From NCBI GenBank assembly GCA_049724395.1, contig JAUGWO010000145.1, positions 115,085 through 135,084 of the forward strand: a stretch of 20,000 nucleotides of DNA, given 5' to 3'. Position numbers and translations under genes: made by a program. How positions within the stretch are numbered: the stretch's first letter is position 1; each line of letters starts with the position of its first letter. The notes under the pieces were generated by a model. That model did not search any database and had not been told where the DNA came from. It saw nothing but the letters and a program-made list of their open reading frames with translations. The DNA comes from Spongospora subterranea f. sp. subterranea (Eukaryota). This document shows positions 1 to 11,693 of the stretch, one piece after another.

Positions 1-690
1 GAACACTAACGACCCTTCAACATCAAGAACTAGGGTCCGAGGGATGTTCCCGAAAGCCTGCGTTCATAGACGGCACCCTTTTTCAGCACAAATACAGCCC
101 AATGGAATACAGCAGCAATCTTACATCTGGTGGTGCAGGAGGAAGTAAGATCTCGGAGCTGGGATCAGCGAAATCCGATACCACTTCGTTGAACATACTC
201 GAGATTTTCTGTTTGACAGCAACGAAGGGCCATAAAACTGAGCGAGTAGTTAAAAAAACAAATGGCAGGAAAACCCATTTTTTGATATACCCGCATTGAC
301 TGTTCTGTCGAAAATCGTAGTTTCATGGTCGATATGATCGTTGGCCAATGACTATAATGAACAACGTATATTAGACGATGACCGTTTAATGGCGATAGAG
401 TGACTACTGACATAATTCCCCCCAGGAATATGCTGCTTATCCTGTTGTTTGCGATATTCACTGTAATAATATCCACCGGCTAGAACTGATGCCAAACCAG
501 ACCCAATCACAAACAGGCGATTCCCCGATAACGGTGATGACGCACTTCGAACTGCAGAAACTAGAGCAAGAAGGACGTGGAGGATGAGCCAGATCCGATG
601 ATAACCCTTGTTATATATATTACCTATTGGCCTGATATGTCTTGTGGACCCTATATGAACAGACAATCGTCTAGAGAGTAAGGACGCCAT
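1..690 (-). CDS. TIM50: Mitochondrial inner-membrane translocase subunit Tim50, 5' part (continues past position 1); exons approx. 690-624, 560-412, 351-291, 237-125, 57-<1
   Basis: Manual splicing at GT..AG introns (623-561, 411-352, 290-238, 124-58) keeps one frame: MASLLSRRLS... (Arg/Ser-rich presequence), TM LFVIGSGLASVLAGGYYY, then ...DFADPSSEILLPPAPPD|AFGNIPRTLVLDVEGSLVF, matching the Tim50 F.xPS...LLP...TLVLD.E..LV motif at the start of the FCP1/NIF-like domain. Intron 1 is in-frame and stop-free, so less certain; the 290 donor (GTATAT) is weak. Confidence 0.85.
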
Positions 691-1593
691 TCCCGGTCCA
701 CAATCACTGCAGTGCCGAGAGCCCGAGTTGGCAATCACGGACCATGGCCAGGCCAATGGGGATTGCCGTACAGGGCCAGTATTATGACTATGGGGCTCTC
801 CGCTTTTGTCAAATCAGCTAAATGTATTGGGTAGAGAGGTTCGTTCGTTCATATTACCGTTGATAAATGGGCAATTGGTCCACCAATCCCCCTCAAATGC
901 CTTATCTTGAATTGGCCAGTCCATCCGACAAATTAGTTTTGAACACCTTTTTGGGTCGCCCATCACGGTTTCACTTAGACCAATTTTTTGTGGTTAATGG
1001 ACTGAGTGAATAATGATTATTTTGGACAGGTCTATGATCTATCTACGAGGGTGTTTATTCATATGAATAGTTAAACCCGATAGAGGATATTGATTTTGGG
1101 TAATGGTCATGATGGACAATAGATTACTACCGGACAGCAATGTTCTGGCTGAATAGCAATGACTGATTATGATCATGAATCACATCACCTCGTGCATTGC
1201 CCGACTTCCTATCACGTACTGCCGGTTTGAAAGCGATATCGTGATTCACTAACAATGGCCATTGTGATATGTGTCAGGCACATGCAGGCGTGCGACACCA
1301 TATGAGAGTGAGCCGATATCCTATCGAGGGCGTTGGTTGGTTGGTTGGCAGCGATTGTGGCAATACAGTCGATATATCTGATGTGTGTGTGTGTTGTTCT
1401 GGACAGTTGTGGTGTCTCTCACTTCACTCTGAACCTCCTTCCCCTCTGTGACCTTATCTCTCGTGCTCCTCCTTAATCTCTACAACACCACCACCAACAA
1501 TTCCTCTTCACGACCGACACTCCATCCCCCGTCGTCATCTCCCACCACTCCCCAATTTCTCAACGGCCTTAAATCATATTCCTTGTCTAACGA

Positions 1594-2808
1594 ATGCTGC
1601 GAATGCGTCGCCAAGGCGGATCGTTATCGCCATCTAAAGTGCAATGTTCTCCTGGCACTATCGAATCCGGTCGTTTTATCAGTAATCAATACTTGTGCCG
1701 GTTCATGTTCCTGGCCCTGATCGTGATCCTATTCTATCTCCCCACGACCTTAACCCGTCACCTTCTCACCTATAAGCGATATTACGAATTACCCAATCAG
1801 GATATGGCCCAGTTCTGTCCAAGGCGCTATCCGGGTTCTAAGCTGGATCTGGGCCCAGGATCGTACTTCATCGCCCTCAATCTGCACAATAGCGAGAAGG
1901 TGGTGACCTATATTATCCCTCAGATCCAGCGCCTTATCGACGCCCTCGGCCCCGACCGAATATTCATTTCGATATACGAGAGCGGTAGTGTCGACAATAC
2001 CGCTCAATGGTTGAGAATATATCGACAGTTTCTCGACTCCCATCACATTCCTAACGAGGTCATCTCCGATCAACGCTCCCGTAGTCAACAACAGCACCGA
2101 ATCGATTATCTGTCGATAATCAGGAATACGGTCATGGCCCCATTATATCAACACCGATTTAAACCCGATTACGTCGTGTTCATCAATGATGTTGTAGGTG
2201 GATCACTAATCCCCATATCCTATTCCCCCCTGATCTTATACCGCCCTCCCTAGTTCTTCTGTGCAGAGGACGTCTCCCGTCTTGGCCAGCGCCTTATCCA
2301 AGGTCCTCATATCAATATGGCGTGTGGTCTCGATCTGGTCTCTGAGCCCCATTCCGAGATCCTGTTCTATGATAAATGGGCGGCCAGAGATATAACAGGT
2401 GCAATCCTAAGCGGGAATTACCCCTTCTTCTCCCGCGCTCAAGACGTCAATCGCATCAAAGCGGGATTACCTGTACCGGTTTACGCCTGTTGGAACGGTC
2501 TAACGGTCGTCAAGGCGAAGGTGTTCGACACGGTCCGGTTCCGATCAGCCCCAGATGGCGCTTGTCTATCGTCGGAATGCACATTATTCTGTCAGGATGT
2601 GTGGAAGGCGACACCTGGCAATATCATTATCGATCCGGCTGTTGTTGTCGTATATGATGAGTATTCGGCCGCGCGTCTCATGAACTTCCCGATCGCCGGT
2701 ATTGGGGATTCGTCGATACCGATTGTGGGAACGTCGCCCAATCCCGAACCGGCGCCCTTGTTTTATGATTGCATGCCAATGATTGGGGTCAATTCTGAGG
2801 CTCACTGA
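1594..2808 (+). CDS. CAP59/CMT1-like GT69 alpha-1,3-mannosyltransferase, type II membrane protein; exons 1594-2193 and 2254-2808 (possible further intron 2788-2833 would extend the CDS to 2914)
   Basis: N-terminal TM (FMFLALIVILFYL); family motifs YFIALNLHNSE, IFISIYESGSVDNT, RIDYLSIIRN, VVFINDV|FFCAEDV (joined across 60-nt intron GTAGGT...CTGAT...CCCTAG, 2194-2253), MACGLD, FYDKWAARD, PVPVYACWNG, SECTLFCQD. Confidence 0.9.
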
Positions 2809-3016
2809 GGCGTCACGATTGCGATTCCTACAGGAGTCGTCATCGCGTTCACTCAATTGTTGGGGGTTTGGCCATCCGTTGCACATATCGAATAGATATG
2901 ATGTCGCAGCCTGATTTCATCACGTCAGATCATTAAAACATATCTATTTCAGATCGATAACCGGCTCATCAATGTCGAGGCCCCGATTACTTTACTCCAA
3001 ACCAATGATCAAATTG

Positions 3017-3275
3017 TTTCCTTGTAATTGTTCTTCCCTTTCCTTGTAATTGTTCTTCCCTTTCCTTGTAATTGTTCTTCCCTTTCCTTGTAATTGTTCT
3101 TCCCTTTCCTTGTAATTGTTCTTCCCTTTCCTTGTAATTGTTCTTCCCTTTCCTTGTAATTGTTCTTCCCTTTCCTTGTAATTGTTCTTCCCTTTCCTTG
3201 TAATTGTTCTTCCCTTTCCTTGTAATTGTTCTTCCCTTTCCTTGTAATTGTTCTTCCCTTTCCTTGTAATTGTTC
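3017..3275. repeat. Minisatellite, 22-bp unit TTTCCTTGTAATTGTTCTTCCC, ~11.8 perfect copies
   Basis: Directly visible; explains the repetitive ORFs 2992..3324 and 3009..3281. Confidence 0.97.
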
Positions 3276-4949
3276 CAGCAACAGTTTGAAGTAGAGAATG
3301 ATCAGACTGAACAGAGCGTGTCATAATTTGGGTGTCTCTGGTTGTGCTGCGATTGCTGCTTGTGCCGCCTGTTCCTACTCGCTGTTCTTTATTTCAGATT
3401 CACTGGTTCGTTGCCCAGAACAGATAAAGATGATATTTGGTGAGTGTGTGTTATACAATCATCTCTGATTGCGACTGAGCTGTGTGCAAGTACAGGACGT
3501 GTTCCTTGGCCTAAACTGGGCCCTTTTAAAACACAGATTGGTCACAATGGGTCGCTAAAGGTCTCATCTTATCTTTATAGATAGCTGGATTAAAACAAGA
3601 TCGCAAACGATAGTAGAACTGTACGAGCAATGTCTTTAACGTTGAGACGGATGAACTTGGGGAGGTTCTTAAAGATCAGAATGGTTTTTCCACGAGAAGT
3701 CAACGTGAGCATTACGCCATGAGGATGGATGAAAGGTTGCATTGTGCCCTTGAATTGCTCAGGTCAACGTATTTGACCTCAATCAACCTTGTTTGTGGAA
3801 TGTGATGATGTTGAGCATGTATCATGCCATTAATCACGATATCAGTTAACGACTCCATGCTGCATGCCTTTCATCAACCAATGAAACTCCTTCATGTTCC
3901 AAACACATATTCCGTTATGAGACACCAGGTCATAATCAACTTTATTATGGTGGATCCAAGAAACTGCAACAAGTCTGATCTTTTGACTCAACAGGATTTA
4001 GATCCAAAAATTTAGCGAAAAGGGGCAGAAATGATATCAATTTGAACAATGGCATGCGATTTGCGGGAACGAACAATTCAATTGTGTTCGGTCTCTAAAA
4101 TCATCACACCTCATAAAGCAATTAAAATTGGACGCTGCGATGAAATATCGCTTTCACTATCAATCAATTCATCTTTTGTTGTTGAATGTGGCCCATGTTC
4201 GGCCATAAACCGTTTACTACTGGCAAAAACTCAAACCGATATTGATATTCCTCATGGTGGTCGCATACGGCAGATACTAATATTCTTGCCAGACAAATAA
4301 AATCTGTTATGTGAGGCAATTGATTAATTTGAGTATGCGCCCCCAGCTGCAAATGTTTTTCTTTTCGTCGGTGCCAAATCCTACTCGGAACAGCGGAAAA
4401 ACAAATGATAACTACTTTTGATGAAATTCAAAAAATATTCAATAAAAAATACTAGTATATCAGAAAAACTCTGTATGAAATCTATATGAAATTCACATAG
4501 AAACTTGGTATAATAACATTATTTTCTTTTTGGTTCAACATAAAAAACATACGTCGTTTCAAAAATCGCAGATTACGAGCAATTTTTTACGAGCTTTTAA
4601 GAATGTGGATAATTTGAATTTGGGATGAGAAACTGGTTGGGTAAAATTGATGGTAGATGTTTAGGACAAAGTTGAAGATTGATGATCAACTGGTTGAGAA
4701 TGTTATGAGATTGATAATGAGGTGGCGGAAATGATTATTGATGAATGATGATGAATTGAACGAATAAATCTAAATTATACTAACTGGGGCCTTGGCTGCT
4801 CTTCCTTTACTTGCAAGTTCATCCTAGACATAAAACCCAGAAGGCCATCGTTGTCATTGCAATCACCTCTCATATCTGACTACCCCATTAGGTGCATATC
4901 CAACAACACCTGTAGTGACCTGCAATTTCAACGGAGGTCAAACCAGTTC

Positions 4950-5390
4950 AATGGACGGTTCAGCAAAGCGAGTCGACAATAAGGTTGTCCTAGCCATTCA
5001 GATTAAGTTCAATGTTCACATATAACCGAACGCACAATGCTGCCGAAAACGATGTTGTTTTGAAGAAGGAATTATTTTTGCGAGAATCAGAGTAATTGAA
5101 GATGCCCTTCCTATTCGCTGATCCTGGTGGCATTATAGCGAACGAACTCAGGCATTATGGTCAACATAAAGTTCAATAATGTTGGAGGAAATCCTTTGCC
5201 GTAATACCAGCCATCGTAATCAGACAATCTGTTGATATCAAACAGACTGCCATCTATCGCCTAACAACAACCTGGAAATCCACTCGTATCCCTGGAGGCG
5301 GAACCCATCTTGATCTGATTGCGGAAAGCAACATCCACGACCTGTTTTACAGATCGGAGAGGTGTCGGTTTGCTCATACCGAAAGCATAG
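4950..5390 (-). pseudogene. Degenerate PIF/Harbinger (DDE_Tnp_4-like) transposase fragment
   Basis: Minus-strand translation across stops and frameshifts: GFPGCC*AIDGSLFDINR..DYDGWYYGKGFP / ELYVDHN / PGSANRKGIFNYS, the GFPG..GAIDG...Y..KG...VD....PGS signature of Harbinger transposases. Boundaries approximate. Confidence 0.8.
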
Positions 5391-5499
5391 CGGTGGTTGG
5401 TTCATCCCCCTCAAACTAAACCCAATATTAGTGCATCACTACCGTATAACGTACTGGACCACTGTTCCTCTCTTAAATCACGTCCAACTTAAGTTTTGA

Positions 5500-7520
5500 C
5501 CGATTCAACGCAAAGCAGTGTATACTCGTTGCTGAAAATAACCACAAAGGCGCCGACCACCCCATTTTTCCTAAGCTTCTTTATTTTGTTAATTTTCTTC
5601 CGTTGGGCATTTGTAGCTCCCGTCACGATGGTTATCGCTTCGAACAGCACCACCTTTGATGCAGATAGAGCACTTGCCCTTCCGTAAACCCTGAACTTGT
5701 TTCACAGTAGACGATTCGCATTCTAAGCCATCATTCTGCATCCCGTCAACCGTTGACTCATATAAATATGATCTGAACCCCTGGGAGGTGCAACTCGCGT
5801 TGATATCCTGAACAAAGGCGCCCCCCATACAAATGTTGACTATTCCGGAAAGAGAGTCGATACATCGTCAGCAACTTAAAGTGTACTATTGATATCGCGC
5901 GGCTCTATTGTTTTTCAAAGATTGCTCTTCTTCGTATATTGTACATCCGTTTTTCGTTTGGTAAACAGTACTTTGATAAACGCTCATATCGAGATGTGCT
6001 TGTGCTGAATTCGAAACTGTCACAATGAAGACCTTGTGATCATTAGCAGATAACACGAGGTTAAACGTTATCAAAACCTTGCTATATAACTGTGGTCATT
6101 CATTCTCCAGCGTCGTTGAAGATTAGAAACATCAATGAGTTTAGGGAAAAATCGACAGAACACAGCACAAATGCCTGCTAACGGAATAAGGCAGGATGTG
6201 AAAACAGCACAGCTACAAGCGGGAATCTTCCCCAAGCGATCGTCAGAAGCGATAATTTCATGAACCAATCTGTGTCCATGTGATAATACTCATTAATCGA
6301 TTTGCTGATCGTGAATCTCTTCCGCACGGGTCGTTGTCATATTGCTTCAACGTCAACGCTCCATATCCGATGGTTTTGAATGAGCGTACATAGTGTTTCG
6401 AGAGAACGTGTTTTTGATCGGGTGAACTGGTGCTCAAGACGCTGCCACAATTGGAGCAGGTTGTATCCCCTGACTTTTTTCATTTTTTCACCTTTATTTT
6501 CAATGACCGAGTTCACTCATTCTCCTCGTTATGTGTGCTGGATTACGAACGACCGCCTGCAATTTTCGGATTCATCCAATATGATGCCGGTGACAACATT
6601 TTCCCTAAGCAATCGACGTTTGTAAATGGCAAGAGCTTCAGGTTGTATCCCTTCGTGTTTTGTGTTCCGTCAATGATAGTGGAATCATTGTATGCCTCAG
6701 TATATGATGCTCAAAACGCTTTACCGACGACTGTAAACCGTCTTATTCCGAATCGTTGTTCATGAATTGCCCCAATAAAACGGTTTAACCGCAAGTTTAG
6801 AAATCCGCCAGTAATGAAATTCATAGTCCTGTAAACCACAAAATAACTCGACAAGCGTTTTACCCACTTGGAGGGCCGAGAAGTGTATCGACTCTGGAAA
6901 TGTTGGACATTCTGAGGTGTCCACAAAGTGGGAATGTCGAGCGCCGAGAAATCCCGATCCGGGAAATGTGGAGCGTTCAGAGGTGAGGAATCGGTATAGC
7001 AAGTCCTCGTGCATCACGATGCAATGGAAGGTGACGGTTTCAATCGGCGGTGCAATCCAACGGCGGCGGCAGGCGTGACGACGTCCTAGATGGAAAGGGA
7101 AACGTCTCATACCTGTATGTATGTTGTGGAGATCGCTGCCACATATTCATAATAAAGCGAGAGACACCGCCGTTTTCACCATTTTGCATAGCCTGATTCA
7201 TGAATTTCGACATACAATCCGGATCGGATTCGAGGTGAATTTCTACACAATAACCCAGTCGAAGACGTTCGACCAGGGTTTAGAACCCTGAGGAATTCTC
7301 GAATCTGCAACGGCGTAACTATCGAATAACAGGTTAGGTATGCAAGAGTTTATATTTGAACAATACTTGGAATGCGTGTGACAATTGATGAATCATGTCC
7401 AGCTCTTCTGTATCCAAATAATTCACAGCAGTTCCTCTTGATATTACATGATTATAATCCATACAGTTGTATGGCCACAACAATATCTGAACTGGCCCAA
7501 TCGAATGGTGACCGCTCATG
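5500..7520 (-). pseudogene. Degenerate Mutator-like (MULE) transposase with SWIM zinc finger
   Basis: YNDSTIIDGTQNTKGYNLKLLPFTNVDCLGK (~6700-6600; MULE first-Asp motif); CSCAVFTSCLIP..ICAV...LQRRW (6071..6268 ORF; SWIM); terminal CSIC..H....CP knuckle (5589..5828 ORF); FAR1-like CMDYNH and PLQIREFLR upstream. Many stops and frameshifts; ends approximate. Confidence 0.8.
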
Positions 7521-7749
7521 TACCAAGAGCATGTTGATTGCAGAAATTGTTTCGGTTTTCATCGACGGATCCTTTTAATTGCAATAAGGTTTGACACGCT
7601 GCCAAACCTTGTGCTACCCATCCCATGTACTGGATGGGGTTTCAGTTTGAAAAAAGGATGTTATCCACAATGAACTATAAATCCTCCAACCTTAGGATAA
7701 ATAGCAACAAATGTCATGAACCCGTGCGGCCAATCCAGAAGATCTGTCT

Positions 7750-8151
7750 GATCACTATTCCAGTGACAGCAATCCTCCAACAGTTAGTTTTGAATTCATT
7801 GCGATTAGATCAGCTGCCCGCCAAGAACCAGTCAGCCAAGGCCAGATCCCATAAACCGTTCTTCCCATCATCACTGCCTCAACGACCGGTCCCGATGGTG
7901 ATCGAGGTGGTTGGGTGAGGTGTCGAGCGAATGATTTGCAGGGGTCTCGAAGGGGTTTAACCGCATCGATCACCATCGTGGCCGGTCGTTGAGACAGTGA
8001 TAATGGGAAGAACGGCTTGTGTGTGGTTGGAATTCGTCGATAGCTGGTGCAATTGACGGTTCTGGCACCGCCCATCGCTGCAGCCGCTGATCTAGTCGCA
8101 ATGCATCCAGAACTGAATGTTGGAGGAGTGCTGCCAATGGAATAGTGATCT
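7750..8151. repeat. Imperfect long inverted repeat (fold-back) with two stem blocks
   Basis: 7750-7814 pairs with ~8087-8151 (56/65 by hand alignment); ~7850-7912 pairs with ~7959-8021 (55/63). The paired ORF translations (HKPFFPxSLxQRP on both strands) reflect this. Confidence 0.9.
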
Positions 8152-8419
8152 GGCAACGCGAATCACGACGGAAATGGCTATTGAGACAAAGAGACGTCGA
8201 TTGACAAGGTTGCGGTGGAGATGCTGGAGACGCATTGAGAAAGCGAAGGCCGGATGGGAGGATAGAAAGAGAGAGAGAGGGAGGAGATATATGAGAGGTT
8301 GGTAGAGGTGGCTATACAGTAATCACTCCACAGAACAATGAGACCGGTTCAGTCAATGAGGCAGGATCAAGGGTTGAACCCGAGGTTTGACCACGGAATG
8401 CGAATTCTCTTTTGATCAA

Positions 8420-8565
8420 TGGTGCAACGGGTTGACCCAATCTTCATCAAACTGTGGTGCAACGGGTTGACCCAACGGGTTTCTTCATCAAACTGTGGTG
8501 CAACGGGTTGACCCATTCTTCATCAAACTGTGGTGCAACGGGTTGACCCATTCTTCATCAAACTG
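8420..8565. repeat. Tandem array, 35-bp unit TGGTGCAACGGGTTGACCCATTCTTCATCAAACTG x4 (copy 2 has a 6-nt insertion)
   Basis: Directly visible; each unit carries the near-palindrome GGGTTGACCC. Confidence 0.95.
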
Positions 8566-8587
8566 TGCAGGGATCAACCCATGGAAC

Positions 8588-8595
8588 TATAAATA
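8588..8595 (+). promoter_or_regulatory. Candidate TATA box (TATAAATA)
   Basis: Consensus match just downstream of the 35-bp array and ~420 nt upstream of the ATG at 9010; function unproven. Confidence 0.3.
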
Positions 8596-9009
8596 GGACT
8601 GTTGATGTCTGAGATCATCCTCATCACTGTAAAGTACATACAGTAACAAGCAAGAGGCCCCGACCCCACACGATACAGCACAGTTACGGTGCGGGTGGAG
8701 CTCTCATTGGCGGGAGTGCGGCCTCGTCATCGTCATTCATTGTCCGTGACCCATTGTTATTGTAACACAACCACAACCCGAAATTGTTTCTACCACTTCC
8801 AGTACCATTAAACTAAACTGAACGAAAGTCGTTTAGTATCAAGGACATATTACTGTATCAAAGGACTTGAGTTTGAGTTAGGTCGGTTGTTGATCAGGTC
8901 GTGTCTGTTGATGGTGTCGATAACTATAGGAGACGTGTCCTGGTAGTTCATATCACCCCTCTACCCCTGCCTATCACTGCAATTCATATCGATCACAACC
9001 GTCACCATC

Positions 9010-11316
9010 ATGATCCCTCTATATCGAACAGTCAAACGGTCCACCCCATCCCATCCTCCCATTCCTCGTTATAACCACACCAAACATGGACCTGTCTCCT
9101 CCTCATCAACAGTCAAGAGGTCTGCACTACCGTTTATTCATATCGCCATCATGCACCTGGCTATCTATCAGACAGCACGCCTGATCACTCTCTGTATTCA
9201 GGCCCAGCATATGCCTGCCATTCGCCCTCCCACCGCCATCCTCGCCGCTATTGTAGCCGGGTCATTTCAGGATCTGGCTATCACTCTCCAGACCATCATC
9301 ATTCTAACCCTGCCCGGTTTCCCCTCAAATACACTTGTTGGCGCCACCTTTCTGCCACCGCTTATCGATATTGCCACTCAACTCTGTGGTTATCCTCGCA
9401 TCACCTTCTCCGAGCTGGCTCTTGTCTGGAGGCACTTTGGCCAGTTCACCACCTCTTTTATGGACGTGTTGACGACGTGGCGATCCCTCGTTTGTTTGGG
9501 AGCGTATCTGACCTATGTTGTGTGTATGGGGAGATATATTAGGGCGCGATCGCCTGTTATATTGTCATCACTCATGGTCATCATGTTGGTCATCACGACC
9601 TTATTTACATGGAATATCGCAGTGATGGTCCGTTATTTTCTCCCCTGGCATGTAGTATACGTGGCCGACAATACCAATATGGCTATGGAATGTGGTTTAT
9701 TAGCATCAATGGGCCTGACCATATTCCGACCACAATACCCTACGCCACCAACACTTTCCTCGGTTATTCCTTACGAGGACACAATCAAGTCGGTTCTTGG
9801 CCCTAATGAGATTTATACTCTTCTATCCAGTCCCGACCAGTTCCCTTTCTATCGCACCACTATAGGGTTTACAGGCAAGAGGCACTTCACCGTTCACCCG
9901 GCCCCCGCTGTCGGCGAAACCCGTCTCCCCAACATCATCATTATCAATATGGAGTCGTGGGCTCATCATGTTGTGGGAGCGATGGTCCCTGGTACTCCTC
10001 CTGAGGCATCCCTAACACCAGAGTTCGATCGGCTCTCTGATCAAGGGATCCTCTACACTTCCTATTACTCTCCTGGCTCCCAGACCTCCCGCTCTCTTCT
10101 CACCCATCTCTACAGCGTCAAGCCCATATTCGATCATGAGGCGGCCCTCCAGAGCCGCTCCAGAACCTTGCACCTCTTAGGCCTCCCTGACCTGCTTCAA
10201 GCTCATGGATATCATAATGAGTTCATATCGGGCACTGATCTATCTTGGCATGATTGGAACTGGTTCCTTTTACATCACGGGTTTGATAACTGCATTGGTC
10301 GGTATGATATTCCCAAACTGCTTAGAGATATGGGGGTGAATCCCAGTCAATACGAGCAATCATCATGGGGCCTACACGATGATGCGACCATGATGTTGTT
10401 GGAGAAGCGCGCCGAGCAACTGAATAAAGAATATGAGGAAGGGGGGAAACCCTTCATGATTGACTACCTCTCGATCAGCTCTCACAGGTATGTCATCTGA
10501 ATTCATCGAGGCGTACACTAATAACCGCTTATCTTAGCCCTTTTCTTGTTCCGAAAGATGCTCCAGAGCAAAACGGAGATCAGAGCCTGTTTACTAAAGA
10601 TAGCAACGGACAGACGTCCAGTAATTATAAGCGATCGATACATTATTCGGTATGTCATGTAGTTCCCTTTTCATACACCTTCGTCGTTAATACAATCCGT
10701 TTAGGACTATTGCTTGGGCCGAATGATCAAATCTATGAGGAAAAAGGCGATCTTGAACACGACCATGATAATCATCCAGGGTGATCACGGTCGGGGAAAG
10801 GATCATCGCCTAGGAGGAAACCCGGAATTACATATGGTTGATCTGCTGGACGACTTCCAAAGAATTCCGTTATTGATTATTCCACCCTCTGGATCAGTTG
10901 ACGCCGAATCACTGGGGAAGAGAATTGATCAGGTTTCGGTTCAATATGACCTAATGGCGACGATAACTGATATGTTGAACATGACCATGTTTGAGCAACA
11001 TGGGGTTGGTCAATCCCTGGTTAGAATTAGGCCAGATGATCGACGGATCATATTGGATAACCCTATCAATGGGTTTGATCTAATCGCAGCCGTCGATGAT
11101 CGGTTCAAATACGTGTTCAGCACTGTAAAAAACCCACTATGTGTATATGATCGACTATTAGATAAAGATGAGGTTTTTCCCACATGTCATACCGATTCTG
11201 ATGCAATATACGACAGTTCGGAGAGAATTCGCCAAGCAAGGATATGGGTTGATCATTTCCGGTATCTGACCCAAATATCATATGATAAAGGGTCTTTTTT
11301 ACCAATTAATACATAA
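9010..11316 (+). CDS. LtaS/MdoB-like (sulfatase-fold, alkaline phosphatase superfamily) membrane protein; exons 9010-10487, 10538-10649, 10705-11316
   Basis: Several N-terminal hydrophobic segments, then PNIIIINMESW, LTPEFDRL, SQTSRS (Thr nucleophile position), WGLHDD, SSH|SPF, HYS|DYCLG, IIIQGDHG, RIPLLI, SVQYDLMATI. Two GTATGT...AG introns (10488-10537, 10650-10704) join these in frame. Start codon uncertain. Confidence 0.88.
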
Positions 11317-11693
11317 ATCTCGTATATTTCCTGTCAAATATTGGTATTCGTCAAAACCCTTCTCTGATATTACCTGGGATTGGATTAGCGGGATTCGTCT
11401 CTATGACCTCAGATATGCAATGAACCAAGAACCAGTGCCATTGCCCCAACGAACATGTCGGCCCGCGATTATATGGTCGATATGAGGATGGTACAGAGAG
11501 AGTCTCCTCCAGAATCAACCCGAGAGAGGACGTCAGCAATGCCTCACAATAACCACATTTTCTAATAGTGATTGACTTGTTTTCAGAGGAAAGAACATGT
11601 TGACCAGGATTCAGAAACTGAGTGTGCTATTTAATCGATAATACCATTTTAGAACATCTCCTATTTCCCGATATTGATGAATAGACCCGATTC

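Noticed and set aside
2992..3324. Repetitive proteins from ORFs 2992..3324 and 3009..3281
   Set aside because: Artefacts of translating the stop-free strand of the 22-bp minisatellite.
3298..3584. Small two-exon gene (MIRLNRACHN..., GTGAGT...CAG intron)
   Set aside because: Splice signals are plausible but the ~76-aa product has no recognisable motif; insufficient support.
3600..4780. Short ORFs and AT-rich tract
   Set aside because: No recognisable domain in any frame examined; probably decayed repeat or intergenic DNA.
7625..8305. ORFs 7625..7918, 7755..8156 and 8117..8305 as genes
   Set aside because: Their shared peptide arises from the inverted repeat; no domain evidence.
8420..8565. 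CRISPR-like 35-bp palindromic repeats
   Set aside because: Units are contiguous with no unique spacers, no cas genes, eukaryotic context.
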